Source of the DNA: Macrostomum lignano
Lineage: Eukaryota
Assembly: GCA_002269645.1 (NCBI GenBank)
Contig: NIVC01002516.1
Coordinates: 62,001-126,000, forward strand
Reading direction: 5' to 3'
DNA: 64,000 nt
Shown here: in pieces, positions 49,631 to 62,889 of the stretch
How the letters are laid out: each line of letters opens with the position of its first letter
How positions within the stretch are numbered: position 1 is the first letter of the stretch
The notes under the pieces: generated by a model
The model's input: the letters and a program-made list of their open reading frames with translations, nothing else
Told to the model about the DNA's origin: nothing
Databases searched by the model: none
Translations under genes and position numbers: made by a program

Positions 49631-50248
49631 CTGAGCCAGCCTCCGTTGGCTGGCCGATCCCGACGCCGACCTGCGCAGCAGCTCCTCGCGGTCCCATGGC
49701 CGCCGGGCGAACAGCTGGCCAGTCTGAGCGTCCAGATGAAAGGCGTCCGCATCAGCCGACGGCTCCAGCGAGTAGGCGATGCGCGCGTTCTCGCCCTCGT
49801 CCTTGTCGTCAGCTTTGATTATGCCGATCCGGTAGTTCTCTGGCGGCGGCGTGTTCTCGGGCAGGTGGAACTGGAACACCGGCTTCTGGAAGCGCGGCGG
49901 ATTGTCGTTCCGGTCGGAGACGCGGAATCGAACCACGGCCGTACCGTTAAGGCCGCCGCCGTCCAGGCAGACGATGATCAGCTGGACGGTCGACCGCAGC
50001 TCCCGGTCAAGCGGTCGCTCGGAGCGGAGCACAAAGCCGCGGCTCTGATGGCCGGCGAAGTTCCCCGACGGCAGCGCCGAGGACAAGTCGTCGCGGAGGA
50101 CAAATCCACCGCCGCCGCCGCCCTCAGGGTCTTCAACACGGCAGCTCAGGCTGGACAAATGGGAATCGCGGTCCTTGACCTCCACCCGAGCCACCGGAAT
50201 GTCAGGGCTGTTCTCCGGGACACCACTGCTTAAGGGGATGACCTCAAT
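49631..50248 (-). CDS. Protocadherin coding exon 3 (EC4, most of EC5)
   Basis: VPENSP, LDRE, DRNDNPPRF, LPEN, ADDKDEGENA, WDRE. Acceptor CCTTGCAG, donor CAG|GTGAGC; 618 nt. Confidence 0.9.
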
Positions 50249-50262
50249 CTGCAAGGAGAATG

Positions 50263-50529
<267 letters not shown>

Positions 50530-50971
50530 CTCTGGCCTCTCGTCGTTGACGTTACTGACGGTGACCTCGATTCGGGCCTCCTCGGCGCTCCGTTGCGGGC
50601 TACCGTGGTCCATGGCGCTAACATACAGATCGATCTTGCCGCCCCGGTGCGCCAGCTGGTCGGCATCCAGCTGGTACTTCAGCTTCACCAAACCGGACCC
50701 GTCCGGCTGATTGGAAACATCAAAATGGTTGGCATACTCTCCCGGGCTGATCCGGTAGGACACGCGGCCATTGGCTCCCTGGTCCCCATCAACGGCGCGT
50801 ACAGTCACCACCGGGGTGTTTTTGGGCGCATTTTCCGGCACACTGGCCACATAGAGCGACTTCTCAAAGACCGGCGTCTCGTCGTTGATGTCCAACACGA
50901 GTACCGTGATGGACAGGGTGCCCGTGCGCTGCGGCCGGCCGTTGTCCACTGCCAGGAGGCGGAGCGAGTAA
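50530..50971 (-). CDS. Protocadherin coding exon 2 (end of EC2, EC3)
   Basis: AVDNGRP, DINDETPVF, VPEN, AVDGDQGANG, NVNDERP. Acceptor CGTCCAG phase 2, donor GAG|GTTAGT phase 0. Confidence 0.9.
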
Positions 50972-51016
50972 CTGGACGGTGGGTCAGTTGGGATGCGACA
51001 TTTTTTCCAAACCGAC

Positions 51017-51283
51017 GTCTCAGGTTGAGCTGCGGCTCACTTCCCAACTGGTCCTCAGAGTCTCAGGTTGAGCTGCGGCTCACTTCCCAACTGGTCCTCA
51101 GAGTCTCAGGTTGAGCTGCGGCTCACTTCCCAACTGGTCCTCAGAGTCTCAGGTTGAGCTGCGGCTCACTTCCCAACTGGTCCTCAGAGTCTCAGGTTGA
51201 GCTGCGGCTCACTTCCCAACTGGTCCTCAGAGTCTCAGGTTGAGCTGCGGCTCACTTCCCAACTGGTCCTCAGAGTATCAGGT
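51017..51283. repeat. 43-bp repeat, about 6 units, protocadherin intron 1
   Basis: GTCTCAGGTTGAGCTGCGGCTCACTTCCCAACTGGTCCTCAGA; period 43. Confidence 0.95.
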
Positions 51284-51403
51284 TAAGCTGCTTCGCAGCA
51301 GGGTCTTTCGAGCTAAGCTACTGTTTAATACCGCAATTTTGAGGGCCGGCCCTTCATTGAGTGACCCTAGCTTGACTGCTCTATTTATATATCGCTCTCT
51401 CAC

Positions 51404-52056
51404 CTGTCCGTTTTCTCCCTGTCCAGAGCTCTGTTTGTCTTCAGCACCACTGGCCTCCTGTTGCTGTTCTCCAGCGCGAACGAAAACTCGTCATCGTCTG
51501 ACTCCAGACGGTAGGTCAGCCTGCTGTTGTCTCCCTGATCCGGGTCGGCGGCCAGAAAGTCCGGACTGGAAATTCGCCTGCCCCGCTCGCCCTCCTGCAC
51601 TTCCGCCTGCAGGCTGGCCCGCCGGAAAGTCGGGGCGTTGTCGTTTGAGTCCAGCAGTCTCAGCCTGAGCTTGGGGATTAGCACGTTCGATTGAGCAGCC
51701 TTGTGCGACAGCTGTAGCCACAGCTCGCACGGCTCCGAGTCCAGACAGCACGGCTTGACGTATCGCTGGATCAGCGGCTCTCGACAGAGGCTGTCCCGGT
51801 CCACTAGGTGAGTTGCGTACAGAACAGTGCCGTTAATTGCCAGACAGTTGACAATGGGATCTTGATGGTTCAGGATTTTCAAGTCTGCCGAATCCGCAAT
51901 TTGATTGTTGGTCAGGACGGAGCGAAGGTCGACTATGGTCGATCCGGCGGGTGTGTCGTCGTTGATGCTGATTGGCGCGGTTACCTGCGCTGCACTGCTG
52001 GTGGCCAGCAGCAGCGATAGAGAAACTAAAGCCAGCCGCTCCTGGTTGAGCTTCAT
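51404..52056 (-). CDS. Protocadherin coding exon 1 (signal peptide, EC1, most of EC2)
   Basis: Signal peptide MKLNQERLALVSLSLLLATSSAA; EC1 with VDRDSLC...C motif typical of protocadherins; DSNDNAPTF, AADPDQGDN, LDRE. Donor AG|GTGAGA. The whole gene has 7 EC repeats (delta-1-like count). Confidence 0.9.
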
Positions 52057-52149
52057 CTGGGAGCTTGCTTGGAGCGGCCACCTGTGTTAGGGATGAGGGA
52101 GAAATTTAGTTGTCACTTGGAATTTCCAACTTTTGTACGACAGAAGTAT

Positions 52150-53222
52150 CTGATATTGTGTCTGGGAGCCCAAATACTGTGTCTGGGAGCCTAAATATTG
52201 GGTCTGGGAGCCCAAATAGTGTGTCTGGGAGTGTGTATATTGTGTCTGGGAGCCCAAATATTGGGTCTGTGAGCCTAAATATTGTGTCTGGGAGCCAAAA
52301 TATTGTGTCTGGGAGCCCAAATAGTGTGTCTGGGAGTGTGTATATTGTGTCTGGGAGCCCAAATATTGTGTCTGGGAGCCTAAATATTGTGTCTGGGAGC
52401 ATAAATATTGTGTCTGGGAGCCTAAATATTGTGTCTGGGAGCCTACTTGTGTCTGGGAGCGGAAATATTGTGTCTGGGAGCCCAAATATTGTGTCTGGAA
52501 GCCTAAATATTGTCTGGGAGCCTAAATATTGTGTTAGGGAGCCCAAATATTGTGTCTGGGAGCCTAAATATTGTCTGGGAGTGTATAAATTGTGTCTGGT
52601 AACCAAAACATTGTGTCTGGAAGCCTAAATATTGTTTCTGGGAGCCTAAATATTGTGTCTGGGAGCCTAAATATTGTGTCTGGGAGCCTAAATATTGTGT
52701 CTGGGAGCCTAAATATTGTGTCTGGGAGCCTGAATATTGTGTCTGGGAGCATAAATATTGTGTCTGGGAGCCTAAATATTGTGTCTGGGAGCCTAAATAT
52801 TGTGTCTTGGAGCCTAAATATTGTGTCTGGGAGCCTAAATATTGTGTCTGGGAGCATAAATATTGTGTCTGGGAGCATAAATATTGTGTCTGGGAGCAAA
52901 AATATTGTGTCTGGGAGCATAAATATTGTGTCTGGGAGCATAAATATTGTGTCTGGGAGCCTGAATATTGTGTCTTGGAGCATAAATATTGTGTCTGGGA
53001 GCATAAATATTGTGTCTGGGAGCAAAAATATTGTGTCTGGGAGCATAAATATTGTGTCTGGGAGCATAAATATTGTGTCTGGGAGCCTAAATATTGTGTC
53101 TGGGAGCATAAATATTGTGTCTGGGAGCCTGAATATTGTGTCTGGTAGCCTGAATATTGTGTCTGGTAGCCCGAATATTGTGTCTGGTAGCCTGAATATT
53201 GTGTCTGGTAGCCCGAATATTG
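52150..53222. repeat. 21-bp minisatellite upstream of the first protocadherin coding exon
   Basis: AAATATTGTGTCTGGGAGC(CT/AT/CC). Confidence 0.95.
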
Positions 53223-53801
53223 TGCGCTTGCCAAATATGACACCTCGGGCACCAACCATGGTATAAAGCTGAGTTCCCAAGAAAGCGATCACCCTAAAAA
53301 TGGTAAATTCTTACACGCCATGTCTCAGGTAAATAATAAAAGCAAATTTAAAGCACGAACAAGCCAGGAATTCGAATTCACCCTTAGCGGTTCGTGCTAA
53401 TTGTCTATCTAACGCGAACAAAGAAGCAAAGCATTCATGTGTGGGTCTGTCTGAGGGCCCAGCAAAGATGGAAATTAAAGAAAGAGGATAATTTGCGAAC
53501 AGCTTTTTCCCCCAACCTTCTACATCAGGGTAGGGGGGACTCGACGCGCGCGTTAAAAATTCTTTGAGTTCGTGCTTAATGAATTCAAATCCTCGAGAAT
53601 GTTCAGCAGTCAGCCTCTCTCTTGAGTCTCCGATGCTGCTGCGTGTTTTGGTGGCTGGTGACCGCCTGCGCTACGCAGAGATCCCTCCTGGGGTGGACAT
53701 GGAATCGGAGCTAAAAAAGGGGGACTGATGCAAGGAGACCCAGAAGCAGAGTCTGGGGTGCCAAACTCCCATGTTCAGACAGCTATGGGCCAAGTCTATT
53801 T

Positions 53802-54578
53802 CATGGGGTCAGCAAACCCCGGCCCGTGGGCCACAGGCGGCCTGCGAGCCTCTCTCCGGCCCTCAGGTCCTTTGATATTTCACAATAGCAATCCGGCCCG
53901 CTCAGGGTTTGTGTCTTCTCAGCTCTCTTCTCTCCTCTCATCTACCTTCCCTCCCTTCTCTCCCTTCTCTATTCTCTCCTCTCATCTACCTTCCCTCCCT
54001 TCTCTCCCTTCTCTATTCTCTCCTCTAATCTACCTTCCCTCCCTTCTCTCCCTTCTCTATTCTCTCCTCTCATCTACCTTCCCTCCCTTCTCTCCCTTCT
54101 CTATTCTCTCCTCTAATCTACCTTCCCTCCCTTCTCTCCCTTCTCTATTCTCTCCTCTCATCTACCTTCCCTCCCTTCTCTCCCTTCTCTATTCTCTCCT
54201 CTCATCTACCTTCCCTCCCTTCTCTCCCTTCTCTATTCTCTCCTCTAATCTACCTTCCCTCCCTTCTCTCCCTTCTCTATTCTCTCCTCTCTCTTCTCTC
54301 CTTTCCCTTTTCTCCTCTCCTCTCCTCTCCTCTCCTTTCCTCTCCTCTCCTCTCCTCTCCTCTCCTTCCCTTCTCTCTTTTTTTTCTCTCCCTTCTCTCC
54401 CTTCTCTTCTTTCTCCTCTCCTATTACATCTCTCTTCTTCTCTCTTCTCCTTTATTCCCTGGCCTCTGCTTCCTCCTATCTCTCTTCTGTAGTCCCTCTT
54501 CTTACTGGCCCACAGCCGTCTCTAAGCTCTCTATCTGGCTCTTGATGTAACAAAGTTTTATCCCTCTAGCATAAACTG
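53802..54578 (+). mobile_element. hAT (Buster/Charlie-like) MITE with a polypyrimidine core and 8-bp TSD
   Basis: Starts CATGGGGTCAGCAAACCCCGGCCCGTGGGCCAC (resembles the CAGGGGTCGGCAAAC..GGCCCGCGGGCC termini). It is flanked by identical GTCTATTT at 53794-53801 and 54579-54586 with central TA. The right TIR is degenerate. Confidence 0.6.
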
Positions 54579-55020
54579 GTCTATTTGAAGATTTTTATTG
54601 CCTATAGCTCGGAATTTTTTATTCAAATTATTCAGCTTAAAAATTAAACCAATCAGAAATAGTGATAGTTTTAGCTAAGCTTATAGAATCCAGAACCTAC
54701 AGGTCAGCCTACAGCTGACCGGGCCACTCCAGGTCCTGGCTCTTGGCCTCCCTGGCCGAGTGGAGTTTCTGTCGCATGCAAACAATGCAAACGAACTGGG
54801 GCTGCGTATGCTGTTTGGCAGGATCTGCGGCCTCATTTGATTCCAAGTCACGTAAGAAAGAAACGCCACTGCATGCAGGGAAAATCCACAAATCCCCGGG
54901 GGGAGAGCTTTCTTCTTCCGGAGTAGAAATAGTTTATCTCCCGCTTTATCTGTTTCTCTTGGCTTAATAATTTTCTTCTAGAAGCTGCTTCTAGAAGTGT
55001 AAATCGCCCGATAACCCTAA

Positions 55021-55433
55021 GGCCGCAGGGACTTTGCCAGGCATCGTTACCTCCAGGAGAAAATCCGCAGTGAGGAATGCCCTTTCTGCCTCTCCGGTGT
55101 CGAGAATGCGGAGCACTTCATCTGTGAATGCCCCGCCTTTACTCAGGACAGGCTCACCTACCTCGGCCCAAACCCGGACCTCTCCGACGCTTTCAGGCCC
55201 GAGAATCTCTGCCAGCTCGTCCGCTTACCTAAGGGCTACCGGGCGAGCGACAATCCACCTCCTGGACTCTCCGGAGGGGGGCCGCGCTGCGGACGCCGGC
55301 GCCACCGGAACTCCCTGCGCGACACCGCAGCACTAGCTGCCCGTGGTCGCCAGGGGTTAGCGAAATGGGCGGCAACGCCTCCTCGCTGTTTCCGGACGCA
55401 CGAAGCCCCCTGCAGCTAAGTCAAGTAAGTCAA
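55021..55433 (+). mobile_element. 5'-truncated 3' end of a non-LTR retrotransposon (ORF2 C-terminal zinc knuckle)
   Basis: Frame from 55033: FARHRY...[22 protein letters not shown] = C-X2-C-X8-H-X4-C (55078-55131). After a 1-nt shift it reads YLRATGR, and it ends in a short AAGTC/AAGT tail. Confidence 0.7.
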
Positions 55434-57803
55434 CCCCAAGGCCATTTTTTGTGCTCCAAAAGCCCCAAACGAATGTTGCCCCTCACACGGACCGAACCAG
55501 GGATCGCGGCGCGAAAGTCTAGACGAGTTTACCTCTGTGAGCAGCTCCGGCCCCCTCTCTTGCTGGCTCGAAGTTCGATGAGCCATGAGAGTCTAATTTA
55601 TGGCTAGAGAGATTTTAACACTCTCCCGGGAGTCGTTTGACAGTTTTTGAATTCGTCCGCAGTTTTGCTGGCTGGCAGGAATCCAGCTGGGCGCCAATAA
55701 AAGCAGACAATTACTCGTAACAAACGCGCCCATATGGCTGGAAATATTCTAACATGAGCTTCCTTAATTTCCCGTTCAACTGTCTGCGTGCGCTACGAGC
55801 AGACAGAAACTTTACTCTTTCAATCTTCCTTCCTGATCGAGGAAGCAGGAGCGGGGGCGCAAGGACCCAGGGGAAGAATGAATGAACTGGAGTCAAGGAG
55901 GCCTACAGGCAGAGCCGATGAGTAACAATCTTTCCAAAATTCCCATTCTTGGACACGAGTAGGCTGGTTGTAGTGGGGCTGTAGCCCGATGTGCCAGCGG
56001 CCCAGGCTCGATTCCAAGTGCAGTCACATTAACTTGGGGTTAATTGGAATCTCGGCTTGGCTCTGCTCGTGCAATTAACGGCCTTGATGGCCAACCCCCA
56101 AGGCACAGTGAAGTGTACATGCCTAACGATAAATAAAGTTAGGGCCGCTGTACACTCCTGTGTGAGTGTGTGCCTGTGCGTATGACTGCGTATCCGCGCG
56201 CTTGTGTGCCTGCTCAGGGGAGTCGGCGGAATGGGCAGCAATGCCTCTCGCCGGTTGTGTGACAATGTCGCTTAAAGTGCGCACTAGTAAACATGACTTC
56301 TGCAACAACTCGCCGATGTACTACTGTGTGCAAGTGAAACCGGCAGTCAGCCTACTCAAGTTGTAACTCCAGGTTCTGGTTCCAGACCTCCCTGACTGAG
56401 TATAGGAGGTGGGGGAGAGAATGGGGGGGGGGGCAAGGCAAAGACCAGCTCAGCACTCGAGCGCGATTCACTTCCTGTCGAGCAGTTAAGCCATGGTCCT
56501 CGCAACTCTGGCTGTCTGTCTTAGCAGCTCAATGTTTTGAGAACGAACAGGACTCAAGGCCCAGCGTGGGGGGGAGGGGGGAGGAGGGAACAAGAGAAAA
56601 GGAAGCGTATTGTTTTTTGGGTCTCCTTCCTGTATTTCTAGCTGCATGAGCTCCCGTCACGGTTCTTCTGCGTGCTGCAAGCAGAGAGTAACTGACTCGC
56701 CCCTATGCAGTTCTGCAATCAGGAAATGCAAGATCTCCCCGAGCAGGGCTGGGCGGTGATGGTGACACCAAGCTTCAAGACCCTGCCCAGACATTCAGGT
56801 TGTTGCATGACTTCATTGAAAATAGGGTAGATTTTTTTACATATCTTAGGTCGCAAGTTTTCTACAGAGTGAATTTTATTTCATCTAGAGAAGTTTCTGC
56901 TTTGTGATAGTGGTTGCTAAAGCCGATTTCTGGGTTTTGAAATTTTTATAGTAATAGCTGGAAGGTTTCTCCTGACTGTTAGACTTACTGAAGTCAGTCT
57001 CCAGCTCATCAGTTCGGACTATAGCTGAGTCACCGAGCCTCTGCGTGCCTAACAATCTCTTTTTATCTTCTCGGACTCGGATTACGCAACCGAACTCCTT
57101 GATAAATGTCACTCTCCATTGATCTCGAACTCTGCAGCAGCATATTTGAGAAAAGGAGCTCCCGAATGTTTCACCTCATTCTCTTCTCCGCTATAATCCT
57201 GGATTAGCCTACCGTAGCACCGGCCGCTTCGGCAGCGTCAGCACTCGCGGCAGATTCAATCTTCGTCATCCCACTGCACACTAGTAGTAGGAGTCTGAGA
57301 TTTCATTAAGAGAAAGGAGTCAGCGGCCGAAGGGCGGGCGGTGCGTGGGCATGCAAGCTTGTAAACACTGCACTGCTCCACAACACTGGCCTAGTAGGAG
57401 CATACGGCCTACGCCTTAGCCCCTGCTACTCATCCCTAGGCCTGCTGAAACTTTAATCAGCTGGCCTTCGCTCACCGCTGTTATACGCTTCTGTCTTCTC
57501 CGCAGCCCCCCTCAGGTGTCTCGGGAGATCCATGCCGAAATCACAGGGGTAGGAGGAGAAGGGGGTCTCCACCTATCCCAACCGCTCAGCCTCCCATGCA
57601 AACCTTCCTCTACCAGAGCGGCGCGTCATCTGTTGTGTGTTTTTTTTCAGACCGACCCCCGGGAATGAATCCTTAATTCCATTCTCTTGGCGGGCGCATC
57701 GATTTTGACATGCAAGCTGGGCGGCCTGGTCTGGTTCTGGAGGCTTTTTTATCCGCTGCGCCTCCCCTCCCACCTGCCAGGTGCCCCATGTGTCTTAGTA
57801 TGC

Positions 57804-58304
<501 letters not shown>

Positions 58305-59029
58305 AGCCACTTTGCCCTCTTTCTTCACTCCAGTAGTCCCTCACAGTCGCCTCTGGCAAAGGACGAGACGAGCAGGAAGAAGCAGAAGACTGCAGAAGAT
58401 GCAGGCACGATGGAAGCGTCAGGACAGAACAAGTCCTTGCCTGCCGGACGCTTGAATGAACTGAAACAATGAGAACCTGCTTCCATGACAAAGATAGGGT
58501 AGGAGCTGAATTTCTGAGTGCAACCTTTGCTCCCTAGCCGTGAGCTGTTCAAGTGGCTCCCTGAGGCCTCTAGCACCAACGCATTCCTCACATTTCCACT
58601 TTTCACTAAATCATCTTGAGCTGCAGGGAGGAATAAATAGGGAATCAATGGGCCCGATCAGTGACACGGGGGGTATCGGGTGAACCTGAGACTTGCATTT
58701 AGCTTGCATAGATTAATAATTAATGCACTCAGATTCTGTACCCTCCCTACCCCATCGTAGACTCACAGACTGCTTAATAGCATTCAATCCTGGCGATTCC
58801 CTGCGCGCGCTGAGATGACAACGCGGGGGGGGTCCATGCTGGGTAGGGGAAAAGGAAAAGCATATTGGGAATTTGGGGAGCAGAAACTTGCACAATCACG
58901 ACTGCGGCCAACTGATGGCTTTGTCTCTCAGCAGTGCAGAATTACTCTGCCGCCTGCCTGACAGATGGCCATGTTGATTAGCCTGAATCACCTCTCCTCT
59001 CTCTTCACGGCACTCACTCACTCCATCAC

Positions 59030-60560
59030 TCCCGCTCTCAGCACTCCATCACGGGACCCGCTCTAATCACTCCGTCACGGGACCCACTCTAATCACTCCG
59101 TCACGGGACTCACTCTAATCACTCCGTCATGGGATTCACTCTAATCACTCCGTCACGGGACTCACTCTAATCACTCCGTCACGGGACTCACTCTAATCAC
59201 TCCGTCACGGGACTCACTCTAATCACTCCGTCACGGGACTCACTTTAATCACTCCGTCATGGGATTCACTCTAATCACTCCGTCACGGGACTCACTCTAA
59301 TCACTCCGTCACGGGACTCACTCTAATCACTCCGTCACGGGACTCACTCTAATCACTCCGTCATGGGATTCACTCTAATCACTCCGTCACGGGACTCACT
59401 CTAATCACTCCGTCACGGGACTCACTCTAATCACTCCGTCATGGGATTCACTCTAATCACTCCGTCACGGGACTCACTCTAATCACTCCGTCACGGGACT
59501 CACTCTAATCACTCCGTCACGGGACTCACTCTAATCACTCCGTCATGGGATTCACTCTAATCACTCCGTCACGGGACTCACTCTAATCACTCCGTCACGG
59601 GACTCACTCTAATCACTCCGTCATGGGATTCACTCTAATCACTCCGTCACGGGACTCACTCTAATCACTCCGTCACGGGACTCACTCTAATCACTCCGTC
59701 ACGGGACTCACTCTAATCACTCCGTCATGGGATTCACTCTAATCACTCCGTCATGGGATTCACTCTAATCACTCCGTCACGGGACTCACTCTAATCACTC
59801 CGTCACGGGACCCACTCTAATCACTCCGTCACGGGACTCACTCAAATCACTCCGTCACGGGACCCGCTCTAATCACTCCGTCACGGGACCCACTCTAATC
59901 ACTCCGTCACGGGACTCACTCAAATCACTCCGTCACGGGACCCGCTCTAATCACTCCGTCACGGGACCCACTCTAATCACTCCGTCACGGGACTCACTCA
60001 AATCACTCCGTCACGGGACCCGCTCTAATCACTCCGTCACGGGACCCACTCTAATCACTCCGTCACGGGACTCACTCAAATCACTCCGTCACGGGACCCG
60101 CTCTAATCACTCCGTCACGGGACCCACTCTAATCACTCCGTCACGGGACTCACTCTAATCACTCCGTCACGGGATTCACTCTAATCACTCCATCACGGGA
60201 CTCACTCTAATCACTCCGTCACGGGACTCACTCAAATCACTCCGTCACGGGATTCACTCTAATCACTCCGTCACGGGACTCACTCAAATCACTCCGTCAC
60301 GGGACTCACTCAAATCACTCCGTCACGGGATTCACTTTAATCACTCCGTCACGGGACTCACTCAAATCACTCCGTCACGGGACTCACTCTAATCACTCCG
60401 TCACGGGACTCACTCAAATCACTCCGTCACGGGATTCACTCTAATCACTCCGTCACGGGACTCACTCAAATCACTCCGTCACGGGACTCACTCAAATCAC
60501 TCCGTCACGGGACTCACTCTAATCACTCCGTCACGGGACTCACTTTAATCACTCCGTCAC
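59030..60560. repeat. 26-bp minisatellite, about 58 units
   Basis: AATCACTCCGTCACGGGACTCACTCT; period 26. Confidence 0.95.
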
Positions 60561-61168
60561 GGCACCCACTCTAATTACGTTGTCACGGGACACCGGGACA
60601 CACTCTCATCACTCTATCACGGGACTCCATTTCTCACTCGCTCAGCCATCACGGCACTCCGCAAGATACTCACTCTGCTGTTTCCATGAAAAACAGATCA
60701 TTTTTTCTTTACTGACTCACCCAGTCTGAAAATTGCCAGCCTCATGAATTCTTGGCAGTTTCTAAAATCAGCCAAACAATCCATTAGAAAGCATCTCTTT
60801 CTTCTATTATTTTCACACCCCCCGAACTCACGCAGCCCAGGTTGGTCTCTATTCACTTGGCTGCATTGAGAAGATTTTCTACTTTACTTCTAGATTCAAA
60901 CGGTAGAAGACACAGACCAGCAAAGGTAGCGCACAGGTTGCTTCAGTAGAGCTCCCCTCTGCTTCGTCACCCCGGTTGAATCTCATTTCCTTTCCCATCC
61001 CTGCTCCCCCATTGTTCCTTTCTTTGCAGTCAGCCCCGGCTTCCTCCCGAAAGGTCGCGCGCAGCTCATCTTTTTTTTCTGCTTGAAGCGCCAGCACCAT
61101 TGAGAGTGTGAGGGAGAAAAAAGGAACTGGCAGTCATCAAAAAGCCTCTCTCGGCTTCCTGACTTCCG

Positions 61169-61207
<39 letters not shown>

Positions 61208-61797
61208 ACTGGGCCCGCATTCTATGCAAGGCCCGAGGCCTCAGTGCGGCGCCATGAACGAGTAAAACTAGGCAAACCATTTTGAGCGAAAATTTCCTTC
61301 TCGATTAAGTAATAGTATAATAAAAGTATTTTCTGCAAATGCCCAATATGCCCCTCACTGCTCTCAGTTGGCTGAGCTATGGAGCCAGGTATAGAGAGGG
61401 CTCTGCTCACTTCCTGCTCATTGTTGCTCTGCTCACAACAGGCATTCAGTGAGCAGATTGGGGCACGGAATGGACAGGATGGACCGAAAATATTTCATGG
61501 CCTCATTTTTTCTGGCTAAAGAAATCAAGTGAAGAGGCATGCGAGGGCAAGACACGAAGATACTTTAGCTTCACTTGTTGAGTGCTGATTATTAAGCATT
61601 GGCTTTAGTTTTAGTTTTTTGGCCTTCAAAACATGGAGGGAGGCTGCGGGCACCCTGTGCGCAACGCCTTCATCCACATCATCTCGCACAGAGGCGTCGC
61701 CATGGATTTATGGTGGGGGGGGGGACAAAGCCAAGCATTCAACATGTACATGACTAAATTCCTGCATTTCCATTACTTTGTGAGAATCGTGTTGTCA

Positions 61798-62270
61798 GCA
61801 CTCATTTTAGCGCCGCAGGCACTCATTTTGGCGCCGCAGGCAATCATTTTGGCGCCGCAGGCACTCATTTTGGCGCCGCAGGCACTCATTTTGGCGCCGC
61901 AGGCACTCATTTTAGCGCCGCAGGCACTCATTTTGGCGCCGCAGGCACTCATTTTGGTGCCGCAGGCACATATTTTAGCGCCGCAGGCACTCATTTTGGC
62001 GCCACAGGCACTCATTTTAACGCCGCAGGCACTCATTTTAGCGCCACAGGCACTCATTTTTGCGCTGCAGGCACTCATTTTAGCGCCGCAGGCACTCATT
62101 TTTGCGCCACAGGCACTCATTTTAGCGCCGCAGGCACTCATTTTAGCGCCGCAGGCACTCATTTTGGCAACGCAGGCACTCATTTTAGCGCCACAGGCAC
62201 TCATTTTAGCGCCGCAGGCACTCATTTTAGCGCCGCAGGCACTCATTTTGGCGCCGCAGGCACTCATTTT
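61798..62270. repeat. 21-bp minisatellite
   Basis: GCACTCATTTT(A/G)GCGCCGCAG; source of the APQALIL ORF. Confidence 0.95.
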
Positions 62271-62375
62271 GTGTACATCCACCCTGACTGTCTAACCGTC
62301 AGGCATGTACACTCTCTGTGCCTCAAGGCTGTGAATCGCCTGACAACCCACCGGCTAATTCTTGTGCACAAAACA

Positions 62376-62416
62376 GGAATCGAACCAGGGGTCGCGTTCA
62401 CCGCTGAGCTGCTCCC
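62376..62416 (-). pseudogene. Internally deleted tRNA-like fragment (A-box plus B-box)
   Basis: Reverse complement GGGAG CAGCTCAGCGG TGAACGCGACCCCT GGTTCGATTCC: near-consensus A-box and perfect B-box only 14 nt apart. Confidence 0.4.
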
Positions 62417-62889
62417 TCCCACTTAGGAATCCCATATAGGATTTCTCAGGCAAACTGCAGCCCGGGCCTCTCTTCCTCTCAATTTTCTAGGAAACTCTAC
62501 ACGCTCGGCACGGCAGCGGCAGGGCCACCTAGACCGATTCAATTTCAGGAGACAATTTTCGCCCCGACTCTGATATCGAATTTGTTGCCTGATCGTCATT
62601 TTCGCGATGCATCTGTTGCTACCAGGCTGCGCAACTGGGTGGGGGTTGAGCTGACAATTTGTAGCGGCTGAGGGTTAAAATGAGGAGGCTGCACAGAATT
62701 CAGAATTCGATGCCGCGTATGAGCAAAGAAAGGTCAGTGCCAGAATTTTATCGAAGGGGCACGAAAAGCTGAGGACGAGATCAGGAAAAATATATGATAA
62801 GATATTAGCAATAGAAAAAGCTGACAAAATTTAGGAACCACCTGGCGTCAACACGAAAAAGGCGGGTGAGACATGTTGAGTTGCAAGAA

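Noticed and set aside
56885-57250. Minus-strand coding-like segment (…YAAAEFEINGE / FIKEFGCVIRVRED…)
   Set aside because: Split across frames, with no recognisable motif or consistent splice sites.
58340-58500. Possible plus-strand exon after TCCCTCACAG
   Set aside because: All three frames are short and closed, with no partner exons or homology recognised.
61706-62290. CAGAGGCGTCGCCA..GGGGGGGGGGACA as the left end of a MITE around the 21-bp array
   Set aside because: No matching right terminus or TSD found.
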